Below, piece by piece: positions 50,330-59,678 of a stretch of 64,000 nucleotides of DNA; positions within the stretch are counted from its first letter, which is position 1; each line of letters opens with the position of its first letter. The stretch spans positions 780,078 to 844,077 of the forward strand of contig OY970295.1 of the NCBI GenBank assembly GCA_963716185.1. Reading direction: 5' to 3'. A model generated the notes under the pieces. The model did no database searches and was not told the DNA's origin. It worked only from the letters and a program-made list of their open reading frames with translations. Source of the DNA: Thermodesulfovibrionales bacterium (GTDB lineage Bacteria > Nitrospirota > Thermodesulfovibrionia > Thermodesulfovibrionales > SM23-35). The translations under genes were made by a program, and so were the position numbers.

Positions 50330-53300
50330 TTAATGCCTTCCAAGCAAATTGTTCACTTTCTCCTGGAACTTGTCCATGTAACAGAACACCACAGGGGTTA
50401 TATACAGCGTCAGGAGCTGGGAAACGATGAGACCGCCGACAACGGCGAGACCAAGCGGACGGCGGGACTCGGCGCCGGAGCCGAAGCCGATAGCAATCGG
50501 CATGGTCCCCATAAGCGCCGCCATAGTGGTCATCATGATCGGGCGGAAACGTATCAAAGCGCCCTCATAGATCGCATCTACCGCCGCTTTCCCTTCTTTC
50601 CTCTGTGCCGCCAGGGCAAAATCGATCATCATGATGGCGTTCTTCTTGACTATCCCCAGGAGCATGATGACGCCGACAAAAGCATAAATATTCAGGTCCA
50701 TATGAAAAAGCATGAGGCTGATGAGAGCTCCGAAACCGGCTGCGGGAAGTCCTGAAAGGATGGTGAGAGGATGGATAAAGCTCTCGTAAAGTATTCCCAG
50801 CACAATGTAGATGACCAGAAGAGCCATAATCAGGAGCAGCCAGAGCCCCTTCATTGACGACTGAAATGCCTGGGCAGTTCCCTGGAAGCTGGTGCTGACA
50901 GTCTGAGGCAATGCAGCATGTGCAAGTTTATCAACAATCGAAACAGCGTCACCGAGTGCCACACCCGGCTTGAGGTTAAAGGATATGGTGACTGCCGGAA
51001 GCTGGCCCAGATGGTTCACGGTAAGAGGACCGGTGTTCTGCGTCAGAGCCGCCACAGTGTTCAACGGCACCAGTTGGCCGGTGTTTGAGTGTATATAGAG
51101 CATGGACAGGGCCGAGGGGTCCATCTGGTACTTGGGTTCCAGCTCAAGAATGACCTGATACTGGTTATTGGGCGCATATATGGTCGAAACCTGCCGGGAA
51201 CCGTATGCATAATAGAGGGCGTCCTCAATCTGTCCTGCCGTAACGCCAAGGGCAGACGCCTTGTCGCGGTCTATATCGACATTAACCTGGGGGTCTTTTA
51301 TCTGCAGGTCGCTCGTGACGTCCTGCAGCTGCGGCAGCGCCCGCATCTTGCCTTCCAGTTCTGAAGCTGAGCGATAAAGTTCTCCCGTGTCCGGACTTTG
51401 GAGTGTAAACTGGTACTGGCTCTTGGTCAGCTGACCGCCGATCCGGATAGAGGGAAGGTTCTGCATGAACATCTGGATGCCCGGCACCTGCGCGACCTTT
51501 GGCCGCAGTTCCTGGATAATCTCGTCCGCACTCAGCTTCCGTTCATTGCGGGGCTTCAGCCGCATGAACATGCGGCCGACATTATTCGACACACTGACTC
51601 CGCTGGCGCCGACTGCGGACATGAAGACATCGATATTTGGGTCCTTGGTGACTATGGCGGCCAGCTCCTTCTGGTGCCTTACCATGTCTTCAAAGGAAAT
51701 ACCCTGGGTCGCCTCGGTAAAGGCAAATATCTGGCCTGTATCTTCTGAAGGCAGGAATCCCATCGGAATTTTTGTGAACAAAAAGCCTGTCGCCACCGTG
51801 AAGATAATAATGACTGCGAGGGTAGTGCCGCGGTAGTTGAGGACAATCTTCAGGGTCCTTTCATAGGTGTGGAGCATACCATCGAAGAAACGTTCCATCA
51901 ATATATACATGCGGCCGTGCCGCTCTGCAGCCTGCGGCCGGATGAAACGGCTACAGAGCATCGGGGTGAGCGTCAGGGAGACAAATCCGGATATCAGTAT
52001 CGCCATGCTTATGGTCACCGCAAATTCGTGGAGAATCCTCCCGAGAATCCCGCCCATGAAGAGAACCGGTATGAAAACCGCAACAAGGGAAAGGGTCATG
52101 GACAAAATAGTAAAGCCGATTTCCTTGGAACCGGTGAGTGCGGCCTGGCGGACCCCTTCCCCTTTTTCTATATGGCGTACGATATTTTCGAGCATAACGA
52201 TAGCATCATCCACCACAAACCCCACAGAAAGGGTCAGGGCCATAAGGGAGATATTGTCCACGCTGAATCCCATCAGATACATTGCTGCAAAGGTGCCGAT
52301 GATGGAGAAAGGCAGCGCAAGACTTGGGATAATCGTGGCGGAGAGATTGCGAAGAAACAGAAAAATGACCAGCACTACAAGACATAATGAGAGCAAGAGA
52401 GTAAACTTCACGTCCCCGACGGAGTCGCGTATGGATACGGAGCGGTCGTAAAGGGTCTCCAGCTTGACCGAAGGGGGTATCTGGAGCCTGAAGGTCGGCA
52501 GGAGCTTCTTGATGCTGTCCACCACCTCGATTGTGTTCGTTCCCGGCTGGCGCTGGATCGCCAGGACGACGGCGCGTTCGTTATTGTACCAGTTCGCCAC
52601 CTTGTTGTTTTCCACGCTGTCGATGACCCTGCCTATTTCGTCAAGCCGGACCGGCGAGCCGTTGTGGTAAGCCACAATCAAGGGGCGATAGGCCGCCGCA
52701 TTATAAAGCTGTCCGGTTGCCTGGATAGTAAACGCCTGTTTTTGGCCTTCGAGGGTGCCTGTAGGAAGGTTCACATTTTGCAGCGCGAGCGCGTTTCCCA
52801 CATCATCAATGCCGACTTTTTTATTTGCAAGGGCACTCGGGTCGAGCTGGGCGCGGACGGCAAACTTCTGAGAGCCGAAGACCTGCACCTGGGCAACACC
52901 GCTGATCATCGAAATGCGCTGGGCTATGAAGGTATCCGCATATTCATAGACTGTGGAGACGGGAAGTATCGGTGAGCTGAGCGCAAGGTAGATAACGGGC
53001 TGGTCCGCAGGATTTACCTTGCTGTAGGTGGGAGGGGTCGGCATATTCTGCGGTAGTTGCTTCGCAGCTTTGGCAATCATCGCCTGCACGTCCTGACCGG
53101 CAGCGTCTATGTTTCTGCTCAGATTGAACTGCAGCGTAATCATAGAATTGCCGAGGGCGTTGGTAGAGGTCATCGAGTCCAGACCGGCGATAGTCGAAAA
53201 CTGCCGCTCCAAAGGTGTCGCTACGGCCGATGCCATGGTTTCCGGGCTGGCACCCGGCAGGCTGGCCGTCACCTGGATAGTAGGAAAGTCCACATTCGGC

Positions 53301-53410
53301 AGATCGCTCACAGGCAGAAGCCTGTACGCGGCAAAACCGAAGACCAGGATGGACACCATGACCAGAGTGGTCATGATCGGCCTGCGGATAAAAAGCTCAG
53401 GGACGTTCAT
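50330..53410 (-). CDS. RND multidrug efflux permease (AcrB/MdtBC family)
   Basis: 1026 aa. N-terminal FIRRPIMTTL and a 12-TM RND architecture with two large periplasmic loops. Confidence 0.95.
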   Translation of the reverse strand: MNVPELFIRRPIMTTLVMVSILVFGFAAYRLLPVSDLPNVDFPTIQVTASLPGASPETMASAVATPLERQFSTIAGLDSMTSTNALGNSMITLQFNLSRNIDAAGQDVQAMIAKAAKQLPQNMPTPPTYSKVNPADQPVIYLALSSPILPVSTVYEYADTFIAQRISMISGVAQVQVFGSQKFAVRAQLDPSALANKKVGIDDVGNALALQNVNLPTGTLEGQKQAFTIQATGQLYNAAAYRPLIVAYHNGSPVRLDEIGRVIDSVENNKVANWYNNERAVVLAIQRQPGTNTIEVVDSIKKLLPTFRLQIPPSVKLETLYDRSVSIRDSVGDVKFTLLLSLCLVVLVIFLFLRNLSATIIPSLALPFSIIGTFAAMYLMGFSVDNISLMALTLSVGFVVDDAIVMLENIVRHIEKGEGVRQAALTGSKEIGFTILSMTLSLVAVFIPVLFMGGILGRILHEFAVTISMAILISGFVSLTLTPMLCSRFIRPQAAERHGRMYILMERFFDGMLHTYERTLKIVLNYRGTTLAVIIIFTVATGFLFTKIPMGFLPSEDTGQIFAFTEATQGISFEDMVRHQKELAAIVTKDPNIDVFMSAVGASGVSVSNNVGRMFMRLKPRNERKLSADEIIQELRPKVAQVPGIQMFMQNLPSIRIGGQLTKSQYQFTLQSPDTGELYRSASELEGKMRALPQLQDVTSDLQIKDPQVNVDIDRDKASALGVTAGQIEDALYYAYGSRQVSTIYAPNNQYQVILELEPKYQMDPSALSMLYIHSNTGQLVPLNTVAALTQNTGPLTVNHLGQLPAVTISFNLKPGVALGDAVSIVDKLAHAALPQTVSTSFQGTAQAFQSSMKGLWLLLIMALLVIYIVLGILYESFIHPLTILSGLPAAGFGALISLMLFHMDLNIYAFVGVIMLLGIVKKNAIMMIDFALAAQRKEGKAAVDAIYEGALIRFRPIMMTTMAALMGTMPIAIGFGSGAESRRPLGLAVVGGLIVSQLLTLYITPVVFCYMDKFQEKVNNLLGRH

Positions 53411-53413
53411 AAT

Positions 53414-54553
53414 CTATTTGTTCCCGGCTTTGTTTTTGATTTCCACCGTGGCGCCGGGGACAAGCCTTAGCTGGCCGTCGGTAACTACTTTTTCACCGGG
53501 TTGAAGTCCTTTTTCGATAACAGTTTCACTGTTGAGTGTCCTGCCCGCAATTATGGGGCGCGAATCAACAGTGAGATCGGTCTTTATGACAAATACATAC
53601 TGCCCGTTCTGGCCTGCCTGGACCGCAGGTGTCGGGACTACAACTGCATTAGGCTGTGTGGTCAATATCATGACCACATCAACAAATTGACCCGGCCAAA
53701 GCCACTTTCTATTATTGGCAAATGTAGCTTTCAGTTTGATTGTCCCGGTAGCGACGTCAACTGTATTGTCCACAAAAGTCAGTATCCCTTCCTCAGGGTT
53801 GTCCTCGCCTTTTATTACAAAAGCCTGGACCTTCACTTTTCCGTCCGACATGTATTTCTTTATTTCCGAAAGAGACTGTTCCGGCACGGAAAAGGTTACA
53901 TAGATGGGCTGGATCTGATTGATGACTACCATGGAAGTATCGGCATTCGACTTTATAAGATTGCCCTCGTTGGATATGAGATTCCCGGTCCGTCCGTTAA
54001 TTGGAGAGTAGATATAACAATATTTCAACTGGAGGCGGGCATTTTCAACTACGGCCTTGTCGGCGTTTACCGTTGCCTCAAAGGCTGCGGCGTTAGTACG
54101 AATCTGGTCGTACTGTTCCTGCGCCACATAACCCCTTTTTACGAGTTCGGCATAGCGCCGGACTTCTTCACGTCCGTTTTCGAGCTGGGCATTGTCCTTT
54201 GCAAGGTTTGCTTCCGCCTGCTTCAGAGCAGCTTCGTAAGGACGCGGATCAATAGTGAAAAGGATGCTCCCCTGACGTACATCCTGCCCCTCCCTGAAAT
54301 GTACACGGGTCAGTATGCCTCCTATCTGAGATTTGACCGATACCGTGGAGTAAGCTTCAACATTGCCGATGGCGCGGATCTGCACCGGGACGGTCTTTTG
54401 GACCACAATGCCCGCTGTCACCGGCGCAGGCGGCTTGGGAGGCGGCGCCTGCTTCTTGGAACAAGCAGGGACCATGACCGCCAATAAAATACCTAAGACT
54501 GCAAAAATGGCCCCCGTATTTTTTACAAATCCCGAACTTATCTTTCTATCCAT
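53414..54553 (-). CDS. RND efflux periplasmic adaptor subunit
   Basis: Lipobox-like VPAC, with lipoyl, alpha-hairpin and beta-barrel segments. 3-nt gap to the RND gene. Confidence 0.9.
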   Translation of the reverse strand: MDRKISSGFVKNTGAIFAVLGILLAVMVPACSKKQAPPPKPPAPVTAGIVVQKTVPVQIRAIGNVEAYSTVSVKSQIGGILTRVHFREGQDVRQGSILFTIDPRPYEAALKQAEANLAKDNAQLENGREEVRRYAELVKRGYVAQEQYDQIRTNAAAFEATVNADKAVVENARLQLKYCYIYSPINGRTGNLISNEGNLIKSNADTSMVVINQIQPIYVTFSVPEQSLSEIKKYMSDGKVKVQAFVIKGEDNPEEGILTFVDNTVDVATGTIKLKATFANNRKWLWPGQFVDVVMILTTQPNAVVVPTPAVQAGQNGQYVFVIKTDLTVDSRPIIAGRTLNSETVIEKGLQPGEKVVTDGQLRLVPGATVEIKNKAGNK

Positions 54554-54636
54554 GAGTTTCTCCTGATTATAAGTTTCATCGTATCAGATCAAAGAAAAAT
54601 CTTCTCTCCCGGGGGAAAACCTTCTTTCTGTCTCTG

Positions 54637-55221
54637 TCACACCTTCTTATGCGCAATTAAAAGACCTTCAAAAATAAATTCGTCCATCGTCTCAGGCTTG
54701 ACTACGACACCTTCGTCCAACGCCATCGATACAATAACACCACGCACCGAGCCAAGTATGACTTTGGCCATATCAGCGGCATTACATTTTCTGAATTCAC
54801 CGGCGCGAATCCCTTTGACAAGTATTTTCTCGATCAGTTCTCTCTGGCTTCGGAAAAATTGCCTTTTTTCATTCATACCGAAAGCAAAGCCGTGCTCTCT
54901 GAGGTGGAGAAGGATAAAATCTCTATGCTTCATCGCATACTCAAGATGAAGTCTCAGAAAGTTGGATAAGGCCTGAGTTGCGGATTGGGCCTGTTGAACG
55001 GACATCTCTATCCTCGCGCTTATCTCATGCCTCCCTTCAATGATCAGACTTTTAAAGAGTTCCTGTTTATTCTTGAAATAAAGATAAATACCGCCCACGC
55101 TTATGCCCGCTTTCCCCGCGATCTCCCTGATATTGGCCTTTGCGTACCCGCGCCTGGAGAAAACATCCATGGCGGCATTAATTATCTTCTTTCTGGACTC
55201 TATACCTGAACGCCTGTTCAT
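54637..55221 (-). CDS. TetR/AcrR family transcriptional regulator
   Basis: N-terminal HTH (AAMDVFSRRGYAKANIREIAGKAGISVGGIYLYFKNK) at the head of the efflux array. Confidence 0.9.
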   Translation of the reverse strand: MNRRSGIESRKKIINAAMDVFSRRGYAKANIREIAGKAGISVGGIYLYFKNKQELFKSLIIEGRHEISARIEMSVQQAQSATQALSNFLRLHLEYAMKHRDFILLHLREHGFAFGMNEKRQFFRSQRELIEKILVKGIRAGEFRKCNAADMAKVILGSVRGVIVSMALDEGVVVKPETMDEFIFEGLLIAHKKV

Positions 55222-55282
55222 GTGAACCTGTGTTCAGTATAAGATGACCGGCGTTCACATGTCAAGAAATTTCAGAATTTTT

Positions 55283-55397
55283 GTAATCCTTCAGTGAAGT
55301 GTGGGATCATGTAACTCCCCCCTCCCCCTCTTAACCTAAGAGGGGGTTTTGTTCCTCCCCTTAAGATAAGGGGAGGTAAGGTGGGGTTATGAAGTAC
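55283..55397. repeat. family 2 double-hairpin repeat
   Basis: Begins GTAATCCTTCAGTGAAGTGTGG, as at 35755. Hairpins CCCCCTCTTAACCTAAGAGGGGG and CCTCCCCTTAAGATAAGGGGAGG. Confidence 0.8.
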
Positions 55398-55446
55398 AAC
55401 GTTCCACTGAAAAATTGCGAACTTCTCAGACGTTGCGGCGAAGGGA

Positions 55447-55797
55447 TTATTTGACTTTGATAATTCTATTCTTTTCGTCGAGGACGACTATAGTGGGCTT
55501 GAATACTTTCAGCTTGGTGTCTTCAATATAGTTATAACAGAAGATGATAATTTTATCACCGACAATGCCTTTCCTCGCGGTAGGGCCGTTCAGACAGATT
55601 TCTCCCCGTTTGCCCGGTATGACATACGTCTCGAACCGTTCACCGTTATTGAGATTACTTATCATCACCTGCTCATAGGGAATTATACCCGCCTTTTTAA
55701 GGACGGCTTCATCAATAGTAATGCTGCCCTCGTAGGAAAGGTTGGACTCCGTGACCGTCGCCATATGTATCTTCGCCCTTAATATGCACCTGAACAT
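55447..55797 (-). CDS. panD: aspartate 1-decarboxylase
   Basis: MFRCILRAKIHMATVTESNLSYEGSITID, including the G-S self-cleavage site. ATG 55797 has a GGGGGA SD upstream. Confidence 0.93.
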   Translation of the reverse strand: MFRCILRAKIHMATVTESNLSYEGSITIDEAVLKKAGIIPYEQVMISNLNNGERFETYVIPGKRGEICLNGPTARKGIVGDKIIIFCYNYIEDTKLKVFKPTIVVLDEKNRIIKVK

Positions 55798-55922
55798 AAA
55801 ATATCCCCCGGATTTCCAAGAATGAAATTGCAATTATTGCAAACAACTTTATTATGCATAGAGGCGCCGGCTAAATTCAATAGTGTCCGCCTTCCGGCTC
55901 TGAAATTGACATCATCCCTTCT

Positions 55923-56825
55923 TCACTTGCAGCAGACAGCGCCGTTTTTACACATGCCCGCATATTCAAACTGAACAGCGGAATGAGTAATCCCATACCT
56001 CTGCTCCAAAAGCACGTTTATTTTCTGAACAAGTTCATTTATCTCGTTGGAATGTTTTTCTTCGGATACGCAGGCATGGCAGGACAAAAATATATTTTCC
56101 GAGTTTACCGACCAGATATGCAAGTCATGAACATTCTCAACCCCTTTTATTGATGCGATAGCGCCAAGAACCTCATCGAAATCAATCTCTTTGGGAACTC
56201 CCTGCATAAAAATGTGGAGAGCATCCCTCAGAACACCCAGCCCGCTCCATATCATCATGATTGCTATCAACAGGCTGGCAACAAGGTCGAACGTCACCCA
56301 CCGGGTTACGGCTATTGCAATCGAAGCTATGATAACAAAGACAGAGGAAAGGGCGTCGTAGAAGAGGTGTAGATACAGCGATCTCATGTTCAGGTTCTTG
56401 TCCTTATTGCGCTTCAAGACCAGGACCGAAAGTATATTGCCGGCCAACCCAACCATCGCAACGGAAAGCATTATACTCAATGAAATTTGTCTTCCGATGG
56501 AAAATCTTTTGACAGCTTCCCCGATAATAATCAGTCCTATACCGCACAGGGAAACCGCATTAATAAAGGCGACAGCAACTTCCGTACGCTTTAATCCGAA
56601 TGAATGCTTCTTTGTTGCCTTCTTATGGGAAAATGTTTCTCCGAAATAACTCAATATCAGCGACAGGACATCTGAAAAATTGTGTCCGGCATCGGATACG
56701 AGGGCGAGGCTGCCGGAGAGTATCCCGCCGATATATTCGGCGGCAGTGATGGCCAGATTGAACAAAACAACCCACCCGATATTATTTGCATTATGCCTAT
56801 GTGCGTGCGCGTGCATAAGTTTCAA
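55923..56825 (-). CDS. cation diffusion facilitator family transporter
   Basis: His-rich N-terminus, 6 TM segments with the motifs SDAGHNFSD and HLFYD, and a C-terminal cytoplasmic domain. Confidence 0.9.
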   Translation of the reverse strand: MKLMHAHAHRHNANNIGWVVLFNLAITAAEYIGGILSGSLALVSDAGHNFSDVLSLILSYFGETFSHKKATKKHSFGLKRTEVAVAFINAVSLCGIGLIIIGEAVKRFSIGRQISLSIMLSVAMVGLAGNILSVLVLKRNKDKNLNMRSLYLHLFYDALSSVFVIIASIAIAVTRWVTFDLVASLLIAIMMIWSGLGVLRDALHIFMQGVPKEIDFDEVLGAIASIKGVENVHDLHIWSVNSENIFLSCHACVSEEKHSNEINELVQKINVLLEQRYGITHSAVQFEYAGMCKNGAVCCK

Positions 56826-57020
56826 TTATTATAGTAACAAATCAAAAGACTTTATTCACTCTCCGGACAGTTAACCCAAAAACTGGAATTCACCAAATAT
56901 CCGGGGAGGCATAGTGGCAGAAAAAGCTTGACAGCAGCACCTTTGTGGGCGGTCGGATATCAAGGCCGCCTGGATATTTTTATTCGGAAGAAATATATGG
57001 AGTAGAAAACCCAAATTCTG

Positions 57021-57038
57021 TCCCGAAGGCTTTCGGGA
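57021..57038. repeat. variant of the 18-bp palindrome (TCCCGAAGGCTTTCGGGA)
   Basis: One mismatch relative to the consensus; intergenic. Confidence 0.7.
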
Positions 57039-57133
57039 TTTTTATGCAACTATGCCTGCCTGATCTGAGATCAACCGCATTTTTCGGGTCAATCTGGGGC
57101 ACAAGCAGGAATGCAGGAAACGGCAAGTTAAAT

Positions 57134-57421
57134 CTATTCTATTATCTTCGGTACTCGGTAGAATTTATCGGTACAGGACGGGGCGTTCAGCAGGGCCTTT
57201 CCCCTCGCTATCGAAGGTGAAGGCATGTCGTCTCTCATTACGTTGCTTAAAGAAAGAACATGAGAGGTTGGTTCTATGTCTTTTGTGTCCAGCTCATTCA
57301 ATTTCTCCATATAACCGAGGATACCGCTCAACTGCGGGCCGAACAAATCCTTTTCTTCTTCAGAAAGCGATAATCTCGATAACAATGCGATATGTTCGAT
57401 TTCTTCTCTCGGTATAATCAT
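57134..57421 (-). CDS. gatC: Asp/Glu-tRNA amidotransferase subunit C
   Basis: 95 aa; IEHIALLSRLSLSEEEK...LNELDTKDIEPTSH. Confidence 0.9.
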   Translation of the reverse strand: MIIPREEIEHIALLSRLSLSEEEKDLFGPQLSGILGYMEKLNELDTKDIEPTSHVLSLSNVMRDDMPSPSIARGKALLNAPSCTDKFYRVPKIIE

Positions 57422-57427
57422 CCCGAC

Positions 57428-59545
57428 TTATATCCTCTCGAGATTTGCAAACCTTACTGCGAGTCTTTTCACTCCGTGATCCGGAAAGTTAACCATGACC
57501 TTCTGGTCATCTCCATCTCCGTAACAGTCCCTTACAACGCCTACACCCCAGGAAGGATGTTTCACCCTGCACCCCGCTGCAAACAGGGAGAAGGTATTTT
57601 TAGGCTTGATGTTCTTCTTCACCGGTACGAGCCTTATCGTCTGGTGCCCGACTATCTTTTCCATCCACTGGCAGCAGTCCCTGGGTACATTTTTCAGAAA
57701 TCTTGAGGGTTCCTGGTCCTGCAGTTTGGCGTAAAGTCTTCTCTTACTGGCGCCTGTCAGCCACAAAATGTCCTTTGCTCTGGTCATGCCTACATACAGC
57801 AACCGGCGTTCCTCGGCGACCTCATCTTCGTGATTCATCGCCTTACAGTACGGCAGAACGCCTTCTTCAAGTCCGCTGATGAATACAACCGGAAACTCAA
57901 GCCCCTTAGCATTGTGAAGAGTCATCAGGGAGACGCAGTCCGCACGGCACGCGTCGTCCATATTCGTGAACAATGACACCTTATCCAGAAAATCTTTGAT
58001 TTCGATGTCCCCGGCAGATGAGGTAAGCTCTTCAACATTTTTTGCTCTCTCCTCTTCCAGTGTTTCGGCGTAACCCGATTTCTCGAAAATATGCTTTATC
58101 ATATCCGATGCCGATTTGTACTTTGCCGATGAAAAACGCTCGATCATCCTGACAAACTCAGACAGCTTCTCCTTGGCAGAATGAGAGAAATTATCGCCCC
58201 GAAGCGCCGCCTTCAGAGCATCGAACAGCACCAGGGATTTTTTCTTTGCCTCAAGCTCTATCTTGGCGAGTATGGTCGCGCCGATTCCCCTCGGCGGACT
58301 GTTTATGATCCTCCTGAAACTTACGTTGTCCCCCTTATTCAATGTTACACGCATATATGCGATGATATCTTTGATTTCTTTCCTTTGATAAAAACTGATG
58401 CCGCCGATAACACGATAAGGTATAGCCTCACTGCGCAGGGCATCTTCGAGAACCCGCGACTGGAGGTTCACACGGTAAAATATGGAAAAATCCCTGAAAT
58501 TATACATTCCCCTCAGAAAGTATTCCTTGATGACCTTGGCAATATACTTTGCTTCATCTTCATAGGTATTCACCCAGCAATAGTGCACCTTCTCTCCCGT
58601 CCCCCGGTCGGTCCAGAGCCTTTTATCCTGCCTGTTCCGGTTCTGAGAAATAACGGCTCCCGAGACGGTCAGGATGTACTGGGTCGAACGGTAGTTCCGT
58701 TCCAGTTTAATCAGTTTTGCACCGGGGAAGTCGCTCTCAAACTGCAGGATATTATTTACGTTGGCGCCCCTGAACTTGTAAATGCTCTGGTCGTCGTCTC
58801 CGACAACGCATATCTTCTTGTGAGCGGATGCAAAGAGTTTCAGGAGATGATACTGCGCAAAGTTTGTGTCCTGAAATTCATCAACAAGAATATAGGCAAA
58901 CTTGTCCTGATATCTTTTTAAAAGCCGCGGATTATCTTCAAATAGTTTTACTGTCAGCATGATCAGGTCATCGAAATCAAGCGCGTTGCCTCTCCTGAGC
59001 TCATCCCGGTATCTTACATAAACCTTCGCGAGTTTCTCGTCAAAACCAAAGCCGTCGCCGGAAGAAAGGAACTCCTCGGGGCTCACCAGGGAAGACTTTA
59101 AAATACTAATCCTCGACACAATCCCCTTATACAGGGCTTCATACATCTTGAATTCCTTCAATATATGCCTAACCAGATTGCACTGGTCATCTTCATCATA
59201 AATGGAAAAATTGTCATTATACCCGAGGGCTTTAATCTCTTTGCGCAATATCCTGTTGCACTGTGAATGGAACGTGCCTATCCATGCGCCGTTGAGATCT
59301 TTGTCGAGGAGCCTGCCGATCCTGTCCTTCATTTCATCGGCAGCTTTGTTCGTAAAAGTTACCGTCAAAATGGAATCCCGTGAGAACTTCTTGGCCTTGT
59401 TCAGATAGGAGAATTTGTGTGCGATGACCCGTGTCTTACCGCTTCCCGCACCAGCGAACACGAGGAGAGGACTATCGACATAGGCAAGGGCTTCTTTCTG
59501 CTGGGGATTTAAATCATGCATTCCTATCTCCTTTGGTTTTTTCAT
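57428..59545 (-). CDS. ATP-dependent DNA helicase (UvrD/PcrA family)
   Basis: LNPQQKEA...AGAGSGKT motif I, DEFQDT motif II, and the further SF1 motifs. Confidence 0.95.
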   Translation of the reverse strand: MKKPKEIGMHDLNPQQKEALAYVDSPLLVFAGAGSGKTRVIAHKFSYLNKAKKFSRDSILTVTFTNKAADEMKDRIGRLLDKDLNGAWIGTFHSQCNRILRKEIKALGYNDNFSIYDEDDQCNLVRHILKEFKMYEALYKGIVSRISILKSSLVSPEEFLSSGDGFGFDEKLAKVYVRYRDELRRGNALDFDDLIMLTVKLFEDNPRLLKRYQDKFAYILVDEFQDTNFAQYHLLKLFASAHKKICVVGDDDQSIYKFRGANVNNILQFESDFPGAKLIKLERNYRSTQYILTVSGAVISQNRNRQDKRLWTDRGTGEKVHYCWVNTYEDEAKYIAKVIKEYFLRGMYNFRDFSIFYRVNLQSRVLEDALRSEAIPYRVIGGISFYQRKEIKDIIAYMRVTLNKGDNVSFRRIINSPPRGIGATILAKIELEAKKKSLVLFDALKAALRGDNFSHSAKEKLSEFVRMIERFSSAKYKSASDMIKHIFEKSGYAETLEEERAKNVEELTSSAGDIEIKDFLDKVSLFTNMDDACRADCVSLMTLHNAKGLEFPVVFISGLEEGVLPYCKAMNHEDEVAEERRLLYVGMTRAKDILWLTGASKRRLYAKLQDQEPSRFLKNVPRDCCQWMEKIVGHQTIRLVPVKKNIKPKNTFSLFAAGCRVKHPSWGVGVVRDCYGDGDDQKVMVNFPDHGVKRLAVRFANLERI

Positions 59546-59678
59546 GATAACAGATTTCCGCCACTTAAATCTACGATATATCTCGGTTCACGCGGTTTCA
59601 CGAGATCTCAATGACTCCTGATTTTTTGGAAAAAACCGGGAAACAACTCAGAAAACTAACAAAAAAACCGGAACCCCA

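Noticed and set aside
53501-54487. A long antisense ORF (328 aa, + strand) and similar ones at 50258-50755, 45209-45859, 58181-58921, 15732-16364, 51867-52451 and 10098-10619.
   Set aside because: Each lies entirely opposite a strongly supported gene with clear family motifs (RND adaptor, RND pump, EmrA, helicase, HypF, PdxJ). Their translations are low-complexity and carry no motifs. They are shadow ORFs.
56945-57220. A 91-aa ORF on the + strand in the gap between the CDF transporter gene and gatC.
   Set aside because: It overlaps the 3-prime end of gatC, spans a repeat palindrome and has no motifs. It is likely non-coding.
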